Origin: Octopus sinensis | Taxonomy: Eukaryota | DNA length: 64,000 bases | Direction of reading: 5' to 3' | Assembly (NCBI RefSeq): GCF_006345805.1 | Contig: NC_043014.1 | Location: 12,524,001 to 12,588,000, forward strand | Shown here: one piece after another, positions 38,681 through 52,229 of the stretch | How positions within the stretch are numbered: position 1 is the stretch's first letter | Layout of the letters: each line of letters starts with the position of its first letter | Position numbers and translations under genes: made by a program | Notes under the pieces: model-generated | Seen by the model: only the letters and a program-made list of their open reading frames with translations | Database searches by the model: none | What the model was told of the DNA's origin: nothing

Positions 38681-39072
38681 AGGCGCAGGAGTGGCTGTGT
38701 GGTAAGTAGCTTGCTAACCAATCACATGGTTCCGGGTTCAGTCCCACTGCGTGGCATCTTGGGCAAGTGTCTTCTGCTATAACCCCGGGCCGACCAATGC
38801 CTTGTGAGTGGATTTGGTAGACGGAAACTGAAAGAAGACTGTCGCATATATGTTTGTATATCTGTGTTTGTCCCCCTAGCATTGCTTGACAACCGATGCT
38901 GGTTTGTTTACGTGACTTAGCGGTTCAGCAAAAGAGACCGATAGAATAAGTAATAGACTTACAAAGAATAAGTACTGGGCTTACAAGGAATAAGTCCCGG
39001 GGTCGATTTGCTCGACTAAAGGCGTTGCTCCAGCATGGCCGCAGTCAAATGACTGAAACAAGTAAAAGAGTA
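38681..39072 (+). mobile_element. SINE-A
   Basis: Near-consensus family copy. Confidence 0.88.
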
Positions 39073-39105
39073 TGTAAATAGAAAGAAACAAAACACTGAT
39101 GAACG

Positions 39106-39139
<34 letters not shown>

Positions 39140-39429
39140 CGCGTGTGTGCGTGTGAGTGGGTCTCTGTGAGTCTGTGTGTATGCATATATATACTAGCAT
39201 TATTACCCGGCGTTGCCGTGTCTTGGTGCTAGTTTAGTATAAATTTGTTAAATTAAAAATTTGGGGTAATAAAACATACAATGACATTAAAAAGATGAAT
39301 TAAAATTACAGAGAAAAATACATAGAAGATAAATATACACACTTACAAAAATACATAAAAGTTCATCTACAGGCCGTTTCAGAGATGCGCCAATTAATAT
39401 GAAACATTGTGCTTGAGGAGACCTGTTGA

Positions 39430-39805
39430 GTCAAGTGCATGTACACGAACATCGAAACAAGTATCAATGGAAACAGTAGTTGTGATACCTGTGTCGGTGG
39501 CACATAAAAAGTACCATCCGAACGTGGCCGTTGCCAGCGCCGCCTCGACTGGCTTCTGTGCCGGTGGCACATAAAAGCACCATCCGAACATGGCCGATGC
39601 CAGACCCCCCCCCTCCTGGCACCTGTGCAGGTGGCATGTAAAAAGCACCCACTACACTCGTGGAGTGGTTGGCATTAGGAAGGGCATCCAGCTGTAGAAA
39701 CACTGCCAGATCAGACTGGAGCCTGGTGCAGCCCTGGCTTCCCAGACTCCGGTCGAACCGTCCAACCCGTGCTAGCGCGGAAAACGGACATTAAACGATG
39801 ATGAT
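39430..39805 (+). mobile_element. Truncated RTE LINE 3' end
   Basis: Family match. A minus-strand Helitron 3' end (CTAGT) lies just left at ~39194-39235. Confidence 0.8.
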
Positions 39806-40476
39806 ATCATATATTTAAAATCGACACTCCCCTCATCAGGACGTTTTTTACACACAACACAGTACACGAAACAAATGCACAATTACATACCGGCTACATA
39901 CGAAAGACCAGACATTACGTACTCCCCCAAATTCTCATAGATACTGAATGCTACTTTATAAGCATATAATTCAATCTAGCAGATCTGGACTAATTCACTT
40001 CTGCACTCAATTAAATTTTTAATCTTTTAATTTCTCCCATTCATGCAAAGCCACATATTCGAGTTCAAGTCCTTTTATACATTTTATACTAATTGCTATT
40101 TTTTTCTTTTAATCAAGACTAGAAAACTTGAAATGTGGGATTGGGTTTTTTTGTTAGGATTTCAGAGAGTAAAAGTTTTAAGTGTGGTGCACAGCAGGTT
40201 CTTGTAGAGGAGTTACATGGTTACTCATATTTAGAAGAGAGGATGGAAATGATCTGTAGAAACTGTGAAGGGATAAATTCTTTTCTACTCTAGGCACAAA
40301 ATTTTGGGGACAGAGGCATAGGAGTGGCTGTGTGGTGAGTAGCTTGCTTACCAACCACATTGTTCTGGGTTCAGTCCCACTGCGTGGCACCTTGGGCAAG
40401 TGTTTTCTAATATAACCTCGGGCCGACCAAAGCCTTGTGAGTGGATTTCGTAGATGGAAACTAAAAGAAGCTCGTC

Positions 40477-40541
<65 letters not shown>

Positions 40542-40689
40542 TGTGTGTGTGTTTGTGTGTCTGTTCCAGGTTCAGTTCCACTGCGTGGCACCTTGGGCAA
40601 ATGTCTTCTATAGCCTCGGGCTGACCAAAGTCTTGTGAGTGGATTTGGTAGATGGAAACTGAAAGAAGCCCGTCATATATATATATGTA

Positions 40690-43600
40690 TTTTTTCTCCT
40701 GGCAGTAACACACGAAACACGAACCTCAGGATGAAAAATATCAGCTAAGATATATTAAGTTTCCGACCTGTTTCCTCCTTTCATTGTTTTTTTGCAAGTA
40801 TTATCACCATCATGCCTTATTGTTTCCCCTTTTATTATCGTTGTCTTTCGTCTCAAATGCTAGCTGAAGCATTTCTCCACAACATATAAACTCTCACTCA
40901 CAGAAACTTATTCACACGACCGCAAAGCTTTTCGTCTCAAATCTTGTCTTTCTGTCGCTTAAATCTCTACCCCATCTTTCCCAACTTTCACTCATAGAAA
41001 CTTATTCACACGACCGCAAGCATTTCATCTCAAATCTTGTCTTTTTGTCGCTTAAATCTCATCTTCCCCAGTGCGCGGTGCACCTGCCCCCTCCACCTGT
41101 ACCGGAAGTCCTTATCTCACCTTGTCTTCCTTTGCTTTTCTTCCATGAATACTTAAAGGCCTTAAGCTAATACCACCCCTACTATATAAGGTGGTGACCA
41201 TACGGCGCAAAACATGATAGTGTGGTGTAGTAGGTTGAACTTAAGATCATTGCTTTGCTTATGAATTCTGCCAAATGCGAGCTTTCTTCTTTTCAGGTAC
41301 ATGACGCCACTGCTCCCCGTCCCTGGGCCTCTAGGGCCCATACCTTCCACACCCTCAGGGTGGGCACCCTCAACGTTGGCACACTGAAAGGTAGGTCTGG
41401 CGAGATAGTCGAGATGCTTGAACGGAGATATGTTGATGTATGTTGCATGCAAGAAATAAGGTGGAGAGGAGGATCTGCTAGGTTCCTCACAGGCAAAGAA
41501 CACAGGTACAAGATTTTCTGGGCAGGGAACACTGACGGGGTTGGTGGCGTGGGTATACTTATCGCTGAGAAATGGGTAGATAAAGTAATTGAGGTAATCA
41601 GAGTAAGTGACAGAATACTTAAGATTAGAATAGTGCTTCATCATAGATTAGCAACCATTATATCGGCCTATGCCCCTCAGCCAGGGCTACCCGATGGACA
41701 GAAAGACAGTTTCTATGACACCCTACTGCAGACCACTTCATTGACGAACGACAGGGACCTCTTTGTGGCTGGTGATTTCAATGGGCATGTTGGACGACAT
41801 GCTGGGGGCTTCCATGGCGTACATGGAGGCTACGGTTATGGTTCCCGCAACGAGGAGGGAACCAGGCTGCTGGAGTTCTGCGATGCGAATAGTCTTATGG
41901 TTTGCAACACTAACTTCAGGAAACCGACAAGCCACCTGGTCACCTACCAATCGGGCCGGCATACTAGCCAAATCGACTACATCCTTGCCAGAAAAAGGGA
42001 AAGATGGCTGCTTATAAATGCCAATACCTTCCCAGGCGAAGAATGCACCCCACAACATAGACTGGTAGTTAGTGACTTTAGGATCAGGACTAAGAGGGCG
42101 ACTAGAAGACGACCAACATGGAGAAGAAGGGTCTGGAAGCTTAAAGACCCTGCGAATAGACAGAGATTTAGAGACATGTTACTTGAAGCCTTTGACGAAA
42201 TGGAAGGGGGTATAGCTACGCATGGGGTAGAAGACAACTGGACGCTTCTGAGGGACAACCTGCTGAAAGCCACTGACCAGATCTGTGGCTGGTGCAAAGT
42301 CCCTTTAAGACCCAAAATAACGTGGTGGTGGAACAATATTGTTGACAGGGCTATTAGACAAAAGGAACAGGCTTGGAAGGCCTGGAAAAACGGTGGTAGC
42401 AGGGAAGTGTATCAGACTGCCAGAAGGGAAGCTAGGAGACAGGTCTATCTAGCCAGAGGGGAAGCAGATAAGAAGAAATTTGCCAATGTCCTGCGCCGTG
42501 AGGACGAAAGACTTGAGGTATTTCGTGTTGCAAGACAGTGTGTGAGAGAGAATCGTGACGTGGTAGGAGAGAAATGTGTTCGCAAGGATGACGGTTCGCT
42601 TGCGCTAAATGAGGATGCAAAGAGAGAAGCTTGGAGACGCCACTATGAAAGGTTGCTGAATGAGGAAAATGAATGGGATAAAGAGAGTCTGCCGAATGTC
42701 GACCCAACAGAGGTACCAGCAATCCGAGTTAACAGTTCCTTAGTAGTTAAGGCAATTACAAGCATGAAAACAGGGAAAGCCCCAGGCCCATCAGGAATTA
42801 CTGCAGAGATGCTCAAAATATCTGGTAGTGTCGGCTATAGCATAGTCACCCGTATAGTTAACCAGGTGATACATGAAGGAGTCATACCCAATGACTGGTG
42901 TAGCAGCATAATAGTCAACTGCTACAAAGGTAAAGGTGACGCCCTAGATACAAATAACTACAGGGGCATCAAGCTGCTGGATCAGGTAATGAAGGTTATG
43001 GAGAGGGTTATAGCCCAATTAATTAGAGAGAGAGTTAGCTTAGATGAGATGCAGTTTGGGTTCGTGCCAGGGAAAAGTACTACTGATGCTATATTCCTGA
43101 TAAGACAGCTGCAGGAGAAATACCTAGCCAAAGATAAGCCCTTGTACCTGGCTTTTGTTGACATGGAGAAAGCCTTTGACAGGGTCCCCTGATCCCTTAT
43201 CTGGTGGTCAATGAGGAAACTAGGGATAGATGAATGGTTAGTGAGAGCTGTGCGAGCCATGTACAGAGATGCTGCTAGTAAGGTGAGGGTTGGCAACGAG
43301 TACAGTGAAGAATTCCGGGTAGAGGTTGGGATCCACCAAGGTTCAGTCCTCAGTCCCCTCCTATTTATCATAGTCCTCCAGGCAATAACGGAGGAATTCA
43401 AGACAGGATGCCCCTGGGAGCTCCTCTATGCTGATGACCTTGCTCTAATTGCTGAGTCACTATTCAGAACTGGAGAAGTTTCAGGTGTGGAAGCAAGGTC
43501 TAGAATCGAAGGGCCTCAGAATCAATCTAGCCAAAACCAAAGTCCTAATAAGTAGGAAAGTAGACAAGTCACAAACGCCTTCAGGTAGATGGCCCTGCTC

Positions 43601-44852
43601 GATCTGCAAAAAAGGTGTAGGTAGAAACTCTATAAGGTGCACCAAGTGCAAGCTATGGACACATAAGAGGTGTAGCAATGTCAAAGGAAGGCTAACTAGG
43701 AAAATAGTTTTTGTCTGTGGCAGATGCTCAGGAGCAATAAACACTGAAAATGTGCAGAGACCAACGTCTACCATGTTCCAGGGAGAAAAACTAGAAGTAG
43801 TTGATAGCTTCCGCTAGCTAGGTGACCAAGTCAGTAGCGGGGTTGGGTGTGCTGAAAGTGTAACTGCTAGAGTAAGAATAGCCTGGGCAAAGTTTAGAGA
43901 GCTCTTACCCCTGCTGGTGACAAAAGGCCTGCGCTCAGAGTAAAAGGCAGACTGTATGATGCATGTGTATGTACAGCCATGCTACAGGGTAGTGAAACAT
44001 GGGCTGTGACTGCTGAGGATATGCGTAAGCTCACAAGAAATGAAGCCAGTATGCTCCGATGGATGTGTAATGTCAATGTTCATAATCGACAGAGTGTAAG
44101 TACCTTGAGAGAAAAGTTGAACCTAAGAAGCATCAGTTGTGGTGTGCAAGAGAGACGGCTGCGCTGGTATGGTCATGTGACGAGAATGGCTGAAGATAGT
44201 TGTGTGCAAAAGTGCTACACCCTAGCAGTTGAGGGAACCTGTGGGAGAGGTAGACCCAGGAAAACCTGGGACGAGGTGGTGAAGCACAGCCTTCGAACAT
44301 TAGGTCTCACCAAGGAAATGACTAGAGACCGAGACCTCTGGAAGTATGCTGTGCGTGAGAAGACCCGGCAAGACTAGTGAGGCCATAACCCGTGGCCCCT
44401 ACCTGGGACATAGTCAGTCCACCTGTGCATACCTTCCTTCTTGTGACACTTGTGAAGACCTGCTGAGGCAAGTGAAAACCAAAAACCAAATCAAAATAGA
44501 TGTACATCAATGGAATTTGTATCTTTGTGGTACCAGTGCCGGTGGCACATAAGAAAACCATCCGAACATGGCCGTAGCCAGTACCGCATCGACTGGCCTC
44601 CGTGCTGTGGGCACGTAACAAACACCATCCGATCGTGGCCATTCGCCAGCCTCGTCTGGCACCTGTGTCGGTGGCACATAAAATCACCCACTACACTCTC
44701 GGAGTGGTTGGCATTAGGAAGGGCATCCAGCTGTAGAAACACTGCCAGATTTGACTGGCCTGGTGCAGCCTTCGGGCTCCCCAGACCCCAGTTGAACCGT
44801 CCAACCCATGCTAGCATGGAAAGCGGACGTTAAACGATGATGATGATGATGA
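40690..44852 (+). mobile_element. Full-length, disabled RTE-clade LINE: APE endonuclease + RT + Cys/His finger (ORF ~41255-44377), 3'UTR and (GAT)n tail
   Basis: APE motifs (GTLNVGTL, CCMQE, GDFNGHVG, SQIDYIL), RT motifs (QFGF.PGKSTTDA, GIHQGSVLSP, YADD at 43427-43438). Stops at 43190 and 43815, frameshifts near 43460 and 43930. Flanked by the two halves of one SINE-A. Confidence 0.93.
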
Positions 44853-45479
44853 TGTATGTATGTGTGTGTATGTATATGTTTGTGTGTCTGTGTTTGTTCC
44901 CCCAACATCGTTTGACAACCGATGCTGGTGTGTTTACGTCCCCGTAACTTAGCGGTTCGGCAAAAGTGACCGATAGAATAAGTACTAGGCTTATAAAGAA
45001 TAAGTCCTGGGGTCGATTTGCTCAACTGAAGGCGGTGCCACAATCAAATGACTAAAACAAGTAAAAGAGAGGCCGGTCGATCAGATTGACTCCAGTATGC
45101 AACTGGTACTTAATTTATCAACCCTGAAAGGATGAAAGGCAAAGTCGACCTCAGCAGAATTTGAACTCAGAACATAAAGACAGGCGAAATACCACTAAAG
45201 CATTTCACCCCAGAGTGCTAACGTTTTTGCCACTTTTGTGACAGGATAAATTGTGCCGACAATGTGTCCAGGTGACTCCTCAAATTGCAATGGCTTTGGG
45301 TTAAAAAAAATACAAGGAGATCAGTTAATTATGATTTTATTCAACATATTCCTCACTCAGATTCACACACTTGTTGCAGTGGTCCTTCAGTTTTTCTAAG
45401 CCCTGTAAAAGAACTTGGAAAGTTGAGCCACCAACTAGGCCATAGCCCCACCCCTTGTATATAGAAATATACACACACA

Positions 45480-45700
45480 TACAAGAGGGGTGCTGAAAAG
45501 TTTCTGGCTTTGGGTAAAAAAAAAAAATACAAGGAGATCAGTTAATCATGATTTTATCCAACATATTCCTCACCCAGATTCACACGCTTGTTGCAGTTTC
45601 CTCCAGTTTTTCTAAGCCCTGTAAAAGAATTCAGAAGTGAGGGCTTCCGACTAGGCCTTTCATGATACCCTTAACGTCAGGAAATTTCCAGCACCTCTAC
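45480..45700. mobile_element. Mariner-type MITE relic with partial upstream duplicate (~45290-45440)
   Basis: Ends TACAAGAGGGGTGCTGAAAAGTT and AAATTTCCAGCACCTCTACATA resemble degenerate mariner TIRs. Confidence 0.55.
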
Positions 45701-45768
45701 ATATTTGACAATTTCTTTTGATATGCTATAAAATATTATCATAGATGCAATTATCTTTTGTTTTTCAG

Positions 45769-45835
45769 ACATAATGAATCTGTGCTGAAGGCAACTAAAG
45801 ATCTTGAAAAACAATTCCAGACAGAAATTTTTGTG
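45769..45835 (+). CDS. CENATAC: CENATAC coding exon 4 (RHNESVLKATKDLEKQFQTEIFV)
   Basis: tttttcAG acceptor, GTATGA donor, 67 nt, phases 2/0. Collinear with human [23 protein letters not shown]. Confidence 0.8.
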
Positions 45836-46557
45836 GTATGATGCATTTTATCTTTAGATTTTTTCAGTCCTTTATTTTCTGTTTACATTTAGTTTACAGA
45901 GTGTGGCACAATGTCCAGGACAGAAGTTCAGGTACTGGACTGGTCAAGTAACTTTAGGTCTTTACCCTTTCGGTACCAACCCGGCTGAAACTGGCTCTGG
46001 CAAAGTGAGCTTCTGCATCTAAATACAAAGACTGAAACAAAGAGACAGTTAAACTGTTAGTGTAGTTCTTTAGCTTGCTGCAGCCATCAGGGTCGATGTC
46101 TGGGTGGAGGACCACCTTTAGTTGATAATTAATCACCATGATCACCGTGACCGAACAGGCTATCAGATGTTGCTACACATTGCTGGTCACAATGCGCTTC
46201 GCATTGTTTTAGCCTTCAAATGACGCCACCCCACTGGCTAAGCGAGCAGGCCAACAGAAGAAAGAGTGGGAGGAAGTTGCGGCGAAAGAGTGCAGCAGGG
46301 ATGGCCACCACCCCCTGCCGGAGCCTCGTGGAGCTTTAGGTGTTTTTGCTCAATAAGCACTCGCAACGCCCGGTCTGGGAATCAAAACCATGATCCTACA
46401 AACGCGAATCTGCTGCCCTAACCACTGGGCCATTGCGCCTCCACAGTTGATAATTAATATTGCACTATAATTATCTTTTTTGTTTTTTGGGGGTGTTTTT
46501 TTTTTGCTTTGTTTTGTATTGTTTTCTCCAATTTAATTTTTTTTTAAATCATTTCAG

Positions 46558-46620
46558 AAAATGCAAGACATACATAAAGCTGAGTTACATAAGTCTTCCG
46601 TTGCTTCTCATGTTCCTGAG
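46558..46620 (+). CDS. CENATAC: CENATAC coding exon 5 (KMQDIHKAELHKSSVASHVPE)
   Basis: atttcAG acceptor, GTTTGT donor, 63 nt. Same length and register (I, E, V, V, E) as human [21 protein letters not shown]. Confidence 0.8.
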
Positions 46621-49434
46621 GTTTGTATCTTCTATCTTCCTCATTCTGTCTTCTGTCTTCATTGTCGTTTTTAACCCTTGGTCAGAACTGCTCTAGAAAA
46701 CCTATTATCAAAAATGTACCCCATCCCATTTATTTTCTACTGATAGTACATATCTAAGACTGGGCAATTCAAAGTTTTTTTTGTTTTGTTTTTTTTTTTC
46801 ATATTTTAGAAAAATGGTTCAATGGGTCAAGCAACTATTATTTTGATCAGTCAGCAGTGAGCTGGCAGAATCTTTAGCACGCTGGGCTAAATGCTTAGTG
46901 GTATTTCGCCCATCACTATGTTCTGAGTTCAAATTCTGCTAACGTTGACTTTGCCTCTCATCCTTTCGGGGTCAATAAATTAAGCACTAGTTAGGCACTG
47001 GGGTTGATGTAATTGACTTAGTCCCTACCCCCAAATTTCAGGCCTTGTGCTTTCAGTAGAAAGGATTATTTTGATCAGTAGTTCTCAACCATTTTTTGCC
47101 TATAGACCCCTTTGATTTCTGTTTTACTTTTCTGGACTCTCAATAGCCATTCAATGTTTCAAAAATCCTATTGTGTTTTAAGAATTAATTATCATTAGGA
47201 ATTGTGCAGTAAACCAATTTATTGCAGATAAGTTTTAGCAACAAAATTTTGAAATATTTTGTGTATTGTAGAGGAATAAGCAAGTCATTGCACATACATT
47301 TTAACAACAAGATCTTATATGGACCCCAGCTGAAAACAACTGATTTAGATGTTTCTTTGTCGTGCTTGTCATTATTTTTATTATGTTAAAAAGCACCGTT
47401 AAAAACCACCAACTGACCGTGGCCGCTGCCAGCCTCCTCTGGCCCCTGTGCCGGTGGCACATAAAAAGCACCCACTACACTCACGGAGTGGTTGGCGTTA
47501 GGAAGGGGTATCCAGCTAGAGAAACACTGCCAGATCAGACTGGAGCCTGGTGCAGCCTCCTGGCTTTCCAGACCCCGATCGAACCGTCCAACCCATGCTA
47601 GCATGGAAAACAGACGTTAAATGACGACGACGATGATGATGATGATATTGTTGTTGTTGGTGATGGTGGCGGCGGTTGCAGTAGTAGCAGTAGTAGCAGT
47701 AGTAGTAGTAGTAGTGTTGGGATCATGAATGGCAGAATTAGTAGAGCATCGGACGATGTGATATGTGGCTGCATCCTTGCCTGCTGACATCAACTTTGTC
47801 TTACATTGCACAAAGCTTAATAAAATAAGCAGTAGTCTTTCACTGACCGTATTAGTTCTTCGAAATGTGTGACCTTAGTGCAAAGATAGAGACAGCTTCA
47901 TGGTGCCACGCAAAAGACACCTCCTAGATGCTGTAAAGTGGTTGGCATTAGTAGGAGTATCCAGCCATAGAAGCCATGCCACAGCAGACAATGGAGACCT
48001 TAGCTGTTCTCTGGCTTGCTAGCTCCTCTTGAGCCATTCAACCCAGGCCATCATGAAAGACAGACATTAAACGATGATGATGATGATTTTTGGAGGAAAT
48101 TGCTGAGAATGGCCTGAGTGAATGGGTCAATTCTCAGCATGTCCTTCTAGGCCTAGATTTGCCGAATGATTGGGAAAAAATGCTGAGAATAATCTGGATT
48201 AATGGGCCAATTCTCAGCATGACCTCCTAGGCCAGAAAACACAGCTTGGAGAGGTACTTGTCCTTGGTTGTCAGAGCAACCTTGAAGCTTTATAGACTTG
48301 AATCATTTCCAGTACTTACCTTCATAAATCTACATTGCGAATTCAAATTTAATGAAGTTTGAATTTGCTTCTCATCTTTCTAAATTAAATAGAGTATGAG
48401 TCATGTCGTTGTCATTCTGTATCATACACTTTTGCAGTATGTTGATGACACCAGTTGCATAGCTAGAGTGTGTGCCAGCAGGGGCAGCCCTTCAGTTTTC
48501 CACCCCTGTTTCAAACAATAAACAGATCATGTATTACTATATCAATTCTTGCATTTAACAGTGAGTAGCGTCTGTGTCCTAACATTAAAACTACTGTTAA
48601 GTGGTTTCAGTACAGCCTATACAGACTTATAGTCTACAGCAGACCCAGAAGTGGTGCCACCCAAAGCACAACGGTCCCTTCCCATCTGGTTACACTTGTG
48701 GATGACACTACAATGAAAGACTTCCCAATTAAACACAAGTTCTCCCTTCGGATGAAGCCATAGCTTTACTTCTTCATAAGGTTTACATGGCAAAGATATT
48801 GGGAATGGTTTTCCATTTCCTCTCCCAACTGGATTGCCATCTGTCCCTTGATAGGCCTTGTTTTTAGTCCTGCTAGGTTTCCAGAAATCCTCCTCACAAA
48901 AGTAGTAAGCTACTCAAGTGGAGGAACTGGTTTAGTCACCATCCATTCAACCATGGAGCTGGTAATACTGGTTTACATAGTACCAGGAGCAGGTTTCGTC
49001 AGCCTGTGTAATGAGATCTGTGACCTGGCCATCACCAGTAATGTACTGGGTTCAATTCAATTGAACTGCCAGTTACACATCTTTAAGATTATGTATTGAT
49101 TGTTGTCATCATCGTTATTCTTATTACATTTTGCCATAGCTATATGGTTAAGAAGTTTGCGTCTCAACTATATGGATTTAGGTTCAATCCCTAGAAAAGA
49201 TCTGGCCACTGCCCTTCCTCATCTGACTAAGCCATTTAAAAAATACATACGTAGGCACAGGCATGGCTGTGTAGTATGAAGTTTGCTTCCAAACCAAATG
49301 GTTTTGGAGTTCAGTCCTGTTGTGTAGCACCCTCGGCAAGAGTCTTCTGCTACTGCTTCAGGATGACCAAAGCCTTGTGAGTGGATTTGGTAGACAGAAA
49401 CTGAAAGAAGCCCATTGTATATATATATATATTC

Positions 49435-49842
49435 TTTTTACTCTTTTTTACTTGTTTCAGTCATTTGACTGTGGCCATGCTGGAGCACCGCCTTTAATCG
49501 AGCAACTCGACCCCGGGACTTATTCTTTTGTAAGCCCAGTACTTATTCTATCGGTCTCTTTTGCCGAACTGCTAAGTTACAGGGACATAAACACACCAGC
49601 ATCGGTTGTCAAGCAATGCTAGGGGGACAAACACAGACACACAAACACACACATGCATATATATATATATACATATATACGACGGGCTTCTTTCAGTTTC
49701 CGTCTACCAAATCCACTCACAAGGCCTTGGTCGGCCCGAGGCTATAGTAGAAGACACTTGCCCAAGGTGCCACGCAGTGGGACTGAACCCTGAACCATGT
49801 GGTTGGTAAACAAGCTACTTACCACACAGCCACTCCTGCGCC

Positions 49843-49845
<3 letters not shown>
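49435..49845 (-). mobile_element. SINE-A, young-looking
   Basis: Near-consensus family copy. Confidence 0.88.
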
Positions 49846-49876
<31 letters not shown>

Positions 49877-50140
49877 ATAATAATAGTGATTGTTTCTTAT
49901 TAGGAACAAGAAGGTTAATAGGAGAGCAATAGAAGTGCTCAAGTAAATGAGAAGAGTATATGCTTGTCTAAATGAAATATTGTTGCCTCTTCTGTGATTT
50001 TGTGCATCCGTATTCTATGTATAAGAAAAAGCATTTCTTTGTATGTGATTAAATGTTCAAGATATGATATGTTAAGTGGATGACCTTAAATTTGTTGTTT
50101 GTTCTACAACCGAAGTTTGTTTATATATATATATATATCA

Positions 50141-50476
50141 GAGACCTCCTTCGGTCACAAATGACCATGGTATTGCACCTAGAAAGTTACCCTCCGAGGC
50201 ACAAGACCGGGCAAGGTTGTTTATGGAAGACTAGCAGTCACCCATGAATACCAGTCTCCCCTCTCACCATGCCACCGATGTTATCCAAAGGAAAGGCAAA
50301 GGCCAATACAGCTTGGCACCAGTGACGTTGCAACTCATTTCTACAGCTGAGTGAACTGGAGCAACGTGAAATAAAGTGTCTTGCTCAAGAACACAACACG
50401 CAGCCTGGTCCGAGATACGAAGTCACAACTTCACGGTCATTAGTTCAACGCTCTAACCACTGAGCCATGCATCTTC
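50141..50476 (-). mobile_element. tRNA-headed SINE-D
   Basis: Head GAAGATGCATGGCTCAGTGGTTAGAGCG on the minus strand. Confidence 0.8.
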
Positions 50477-50984
50477 ACATATACACACACACACACACAT
50501 ATCTTTGTGGGTACGTCTTTGTGTCTGTGTTTGTTCCTCACTACTGCTCGACAGCCGGTGTTGGTGTGTTTACATTCCTGTAACTTAGCAGTTCAGCAAA
50601 AGAGACTGATATAATAAGAAGCAGGCTTAAAAAGAAAATAAGTACTGAGGTCGATTAGTACGACTAAAATTCCTCTATGCAGAGCCCCAGAATGGCCACA
50701 GTGTAATAACTGAAACAAGTAAATGATAAGAGAGGGGCACAAACATGACTGTGTGGTGAAGAAACTTGCTTTGAAACTATGAGATTTCAAGTTCAGTCTC
50801 ACTAGGTGCCACCTTGGGCAAGTTTCTTCTTCTATGGCCCCAGACATGCCAACACCTTGCAAGTAAATCTGGTAAATGGAAACTGTGTGGAACCCCATCA
50901 TATTCTTGTATGTACGCATGTGTGCCTTTGTGTTTGTCTCCTCCCCACTGTTTGACAACCAATGTTGGTTTGCATACATCCATA

Positions 50985-51375
50985 GGCGCAGGAGTGGCTG
51001 TGTGGTAAGTAGCTTGCTAACCAACCACATGGTTCCGGGTTCAGTCCCACTGCGTGGCATCTTGGGCAAGTGTCTTCTGCTATAGCCTCGGGCCGACCAA
51101 AGCCTTGTGAGTGGATTTGGTAGACGGAAACTGAAAGAAGCCCGTCGTATATATGTATATATATATATGTGTGTGTATATTTATGTGTCTCTGTTTGTCC
51201 CCCTAGATGCTGGTGTGTTTACGTCCCCGTCACTTAGCGGTTCAGCAAAAGAGACTGATAGAATAAGTACTGGGCTTACAAAGAATAAGTCCCGGGGTCG
51301 ATTTGCTCGAATAAAAGGCGGTGCTCCAGCATGGCCGCAGTCAAATGACTGAAACAAGTAAAAGAGTAAAGAGTA
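50985..51375 (+). mobile_element. SINE-A
   Basis: Near-consensus family copy, inverted relative to 49435-49845. Confidence 0.88.
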
Positions 51376-51709
51376 TCCCAGTGACTTAGCAGTTTGGCAA
51401 AAGGTTCCAATAGAATAAGTACCAGATTGAAAAAAAAACAATTATCATTGGGGTCAATTGGTTCAACAGAAACCCTTCGAGGTGATGCTCCAGCATGGCT
51501 GCCATCCAATGACTGAAACAAGTAAAAGACAAAGATAGAAAAATAGGTTAGACATCTGCTATAAAATATTCCTGCTGGTGCCGTCAGTGCCCTCTTTTTA
51601 AATCAGTTAAACTTTGTAATTAATTACTGTAATTAGTTTGAGGTTGTAATAAATTGATAATTTTTATCTTTTTTCTCCACATGTCGTTTAACATTGTGTC
51701 ATCTGCAAG

Positions 51710-51823
51710 GCTAAGAACATTACAAGGCAATCATTAAAACCAGATGTTACATCACACACATTACCACAATTCAAGAAGACCATCGCAGCATTTGGTGATG
51801 GCCTAACTCTTATTAAAATGAAG
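51710..51823 (+). CDS. CENATAC: CENATAC coding exon 6 (AKNITRQSLKPDVTSHTLPQFKKTIAAFGDGLTLIKMK); acceptor position less certain
   Basis: GTAAGT donor at 51824. GLTLI resembles the conserved LTFI motif. An upstream in-frame TAA (51689) limits the acceptor to the AG at 51708-51709. Confidence 0.78.
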
Positions 51824-52229
51824 GTAAGTGTATTTATATATCTTAATTATTTAAATATTGTGTACGCATACAGGTGGAGGCATGGCTGTGTGGTTAAGCA
51901 GTGCACTTCCCAACCACATGGTTTTAGGTTCAATCCCACTTCATGGCTCCTTGGGCAAGTGATTTTTTTCTCTTGCTCCATGTTAACCAAAGCCTTGTGA
52001 GTGAATCTTGTAAACGGAAACTGAAAGTTTGTTCTGTGTGTGAGTGTGTGTGTGTGTACACGTGTGTGTGTACACATGTGTGTGTGTACACATGTGTGCA
52101 TGTGCATGCATGTGAACATGCAAATATATAAGTTAATGTAGTAGTTGCATCAAGCAGTAATGAAGACTAAACAAAATTTTATTCAGTTCAAATTTGTTCT
52201 GACCGCACAACCAACCTTCACATAACTGT

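Noticed and set aside
39820-39840. CTGATGAGGGGAG on the minus strand as another hammerhead
   Set aside because: No stem II partner or GAAA follows; truncated by the adjacent LINE tail.
51684-51709. TCGTTTAAC as U12-type branch point before CENATAC exon 6
   Set aside because: The upstream donors (GTTTGT, or GTGAGT if the candidate exon is used) are U2-type; the motif is common in local repeats.
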